Below, in pieces: positions 32,601 to 34,248 of a DNA stretch of 34,248 bases. How positions within the stretch are numbered: the stretch's first letter is position 1; each line of letters begins with the position of its first letter. The notes below the pieces were generated by a model. That model searched no databases and was not told the origin of the DNA. It worked only from the letters and a program-made list of their open reading frames with translations. Source of the DNA: an uncultured virus (IMG/VR IMGVR_UViG_3300032282_002789) (taxonomy: Duplodnaviria; Heunggongvirae; Uroviricota; Caudoviricetes); the IMG/VR virus record IMGVR_UViG_3300032282_002789; one strand, 5' to 3'. The translations under genes and the position numbers were made by a program.

Positions 32601-34187
32601 ATGGAATCTGGATACGATAAAGATAAATTTGAAGAGATCAATCCTGAGTACTATCAGGCTGATGAAAAACCTGTTGACGAAAATTATGAAGAGAAGTTAG
32701 ATGAATTATCCCAACAATTTGTAAATAAATTAATTGATAAAATGATGGACTTTTTAAAGGTCCTTGTAGGGCATGACTTACACCCCTACCAAAAGCCTTT
32801 GGCACGTCGTATTATGGAATCAGTAATAATCAATGATGGTGAAGAAGTAACTGCCTTAGCATCACGTCAGTCAGGTAAATCTGAAACTGTTGCAGATACT
32901 GTAGCAACATTAATGATTCTTCTTCCACGTCTTGCAAAACTTTATCCAGATTTATTAGGTAAGTTTAATGATGGAGTATGGGTCGGTTTATTTGCTCCTA
33001 CTGAATCTCAGGCTGAAACATTATTTGGTCGTGCTGTAACACGATTAACTTCAGAAAGAGCAGTAGATATCATGGGAGATGTTGAAATTGATGACTCTGC
33101 AGTTCGTGTAGGCGGAGTAACTCGTCAGATTAAATTAAAGAAGTCTGGTTCAACAATCACTATGATGACCGCTAACCCTCGTGCAAAAATTGAATCTAAG
33201 TCTTTTCATTTAATTGTTATCGACGAATGTCAAGAAGCAGATGACTTTGTTGTATCTAAATCTATTTCTCCTATGCTTGCATACTACGCAGGAACTATGG
33301 TTAAAACAGGAACTCCAACTACAAGTAAAAATAACTTTTATAGATCTATTCAATTAAACCGTAGAAGACAAACTACTAAAGGTAATAGACAAAACCATTT
33401 TCAATGGGATTGGAAAGACGTATCAAAATTTAATCCAAACTATGAAAAGTTTATTCGTAAAGAAATGCTACGTATTGGAGAAGAGTCTGATGAGTTTCAG
33501 ATGTCTTACAATTGCAAGTGGTTACTAGAAAGGGGTATGTTTGTTACTTCTACGATTATGGACAACTTGGGGGACACTTCTCAAGAACTTGTTAAAGTAT
33601 GGCACAAGACCCCAGTTGTTGTCGGCATTGACCCTGCTCGCAAAACTGACAGTACAGTTATTACTGTTGTTTGGGTTGATTGGGATCGTCCTGACGAGTT
33701 TGGTTATTTTGATCATCGGATCCTTAATTGGTTAGAACTTCAAGGCGATGATTGGGAAGAACAATACTTTCAAATTGTTAACTTCTTAAGTAACTATGAT
33801 GTACTAGCAGTCGGTGTAGATGCTAACGGTGTTGGTGACGCAGTTGCCCAACGTTTAAAACTTTTATTACCACGAGCAGAGGTAATGCCTATAACATCCA
33901 GTCCTTCAGAGCAATCCAAAAGGTGGAAACACTTGCAGGCTTTAATTCAACGCCAGATGATTTCTTGGCCTTCTCACGCCAAAACTCGACGACTTCGAAC
34001 TTGGAAACGGTTTTATCAGCAGATGGTTGATGCTGAGGTTCAATATAAGGGGCCAAACTTTTTGGTTGCTGCACCTGATGAATCATACGCCCATGATGAC
34101 TTTGTGGATAGTCTTGGTATAGCGTGTTCTTTAACTCAAGACTTAGTAATGCCAGAAGTTGTGTCTTCTAGTAATCCTTTTTTCTAG
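32601..34187 (+). CDS. terL: Terminase large subunit
   Basis: HPYQ, Walker A ASRQSGKS, Walker B LIVIDECQ, TGTP, RNase H-like VGIDPAR and HDDFVDS. Confidence 0.93.
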   Translation: MESGYDKDKFEEINPEYYQADEKPVDENYEEKLDELSQQFVNKLIDKMMDFLKVLVGHDLHPYQKPLARRIMESVIINDGEEVTALASRQSGKSETVADTVATLMILLPRLAKLYPDLLGKFNDGVWVGLFAPTESQAETLFGRAVTRLTSERAVDIMGDVEIDDSAVRVGGVTRQIKLKKSGSTITMMTANPRAKIESKSFHLIVIDECQEADDFVVSKSISPMLAYYAGTMVKTGTPTTSKNNFYRSIQLNRRRQTTKGNRQNHFQWDWKDVSKFNPNYEKFIRKEMLRIGEESDEFQMSYNCKWLLERGMFVTSTIMDNLGDTSQELVKVWHKTPVVVGIDPARKTDSTVITVVWVDWDRPDEFGYFDHRILNWLELQGDDWEEQYFQIVNFLSNYDVLAVGVDANGVGDAVAQRLKLLLPRAEVMPITSSPSEQSKRWKHLQALIQRQMISWPSHAKTRRLRTWKRFYQQMVDAEVQYKGPNFLVAAPDESYAHDDFVDSLGIACSLTQDLVMPEVVSSSNPFF

Positions 34188-34248
34188 TTAAACCACACAA
34201 AAGCCTAAAAAGGGTGGAAACTATTACCAAGGAAAAGGCCTTTCCCAA

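Overview
The window is part of a low-GC dsDNA phage genome infecting Actinobacteria. Evidence includes WhiB, an MSMEG_6728-like protein, an FmdB-like zinc ribbon, leaderless promoters, an actinobacterial SOS box and a terminase large subunit. A freshwater low-GC actinobacterial host is an inference. The left arm (about 315-10937) is transcribed leftward and encodes a lytic transglycosylase, a tyrosine recombinase with an inserted Zn-finger, an HTH protein, WhiB, an HNH protein and a MoxR AAA+/VWA pair. By eye this arm is almost free of several common restriction sites. A 1.4 kb non-coding switch region holds a large structured-RNA candidate, repeats and a perfect SOS box. The right arm (12338-34187) is transcribed rightward and encodes accessory enzymes, lysis and surface proteins, then terminase. 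The most striking signal is a set of at least 7-9 otherwise unrelated small proteins sharing a short N-terminal peptide, (N/H)L(S/N/G)x(x)Q(F/W), with a variant M(A/S)RxxEF. They include three ADP-ribosyltransferase-like, three ParB/Srx-like, one papain-fold and one GNAT protein. This suggests a tagged effector cargo system, for example a capsid-targeting signal for co-injected proteins. All calls come from motif recognition by eye; no searches were run.
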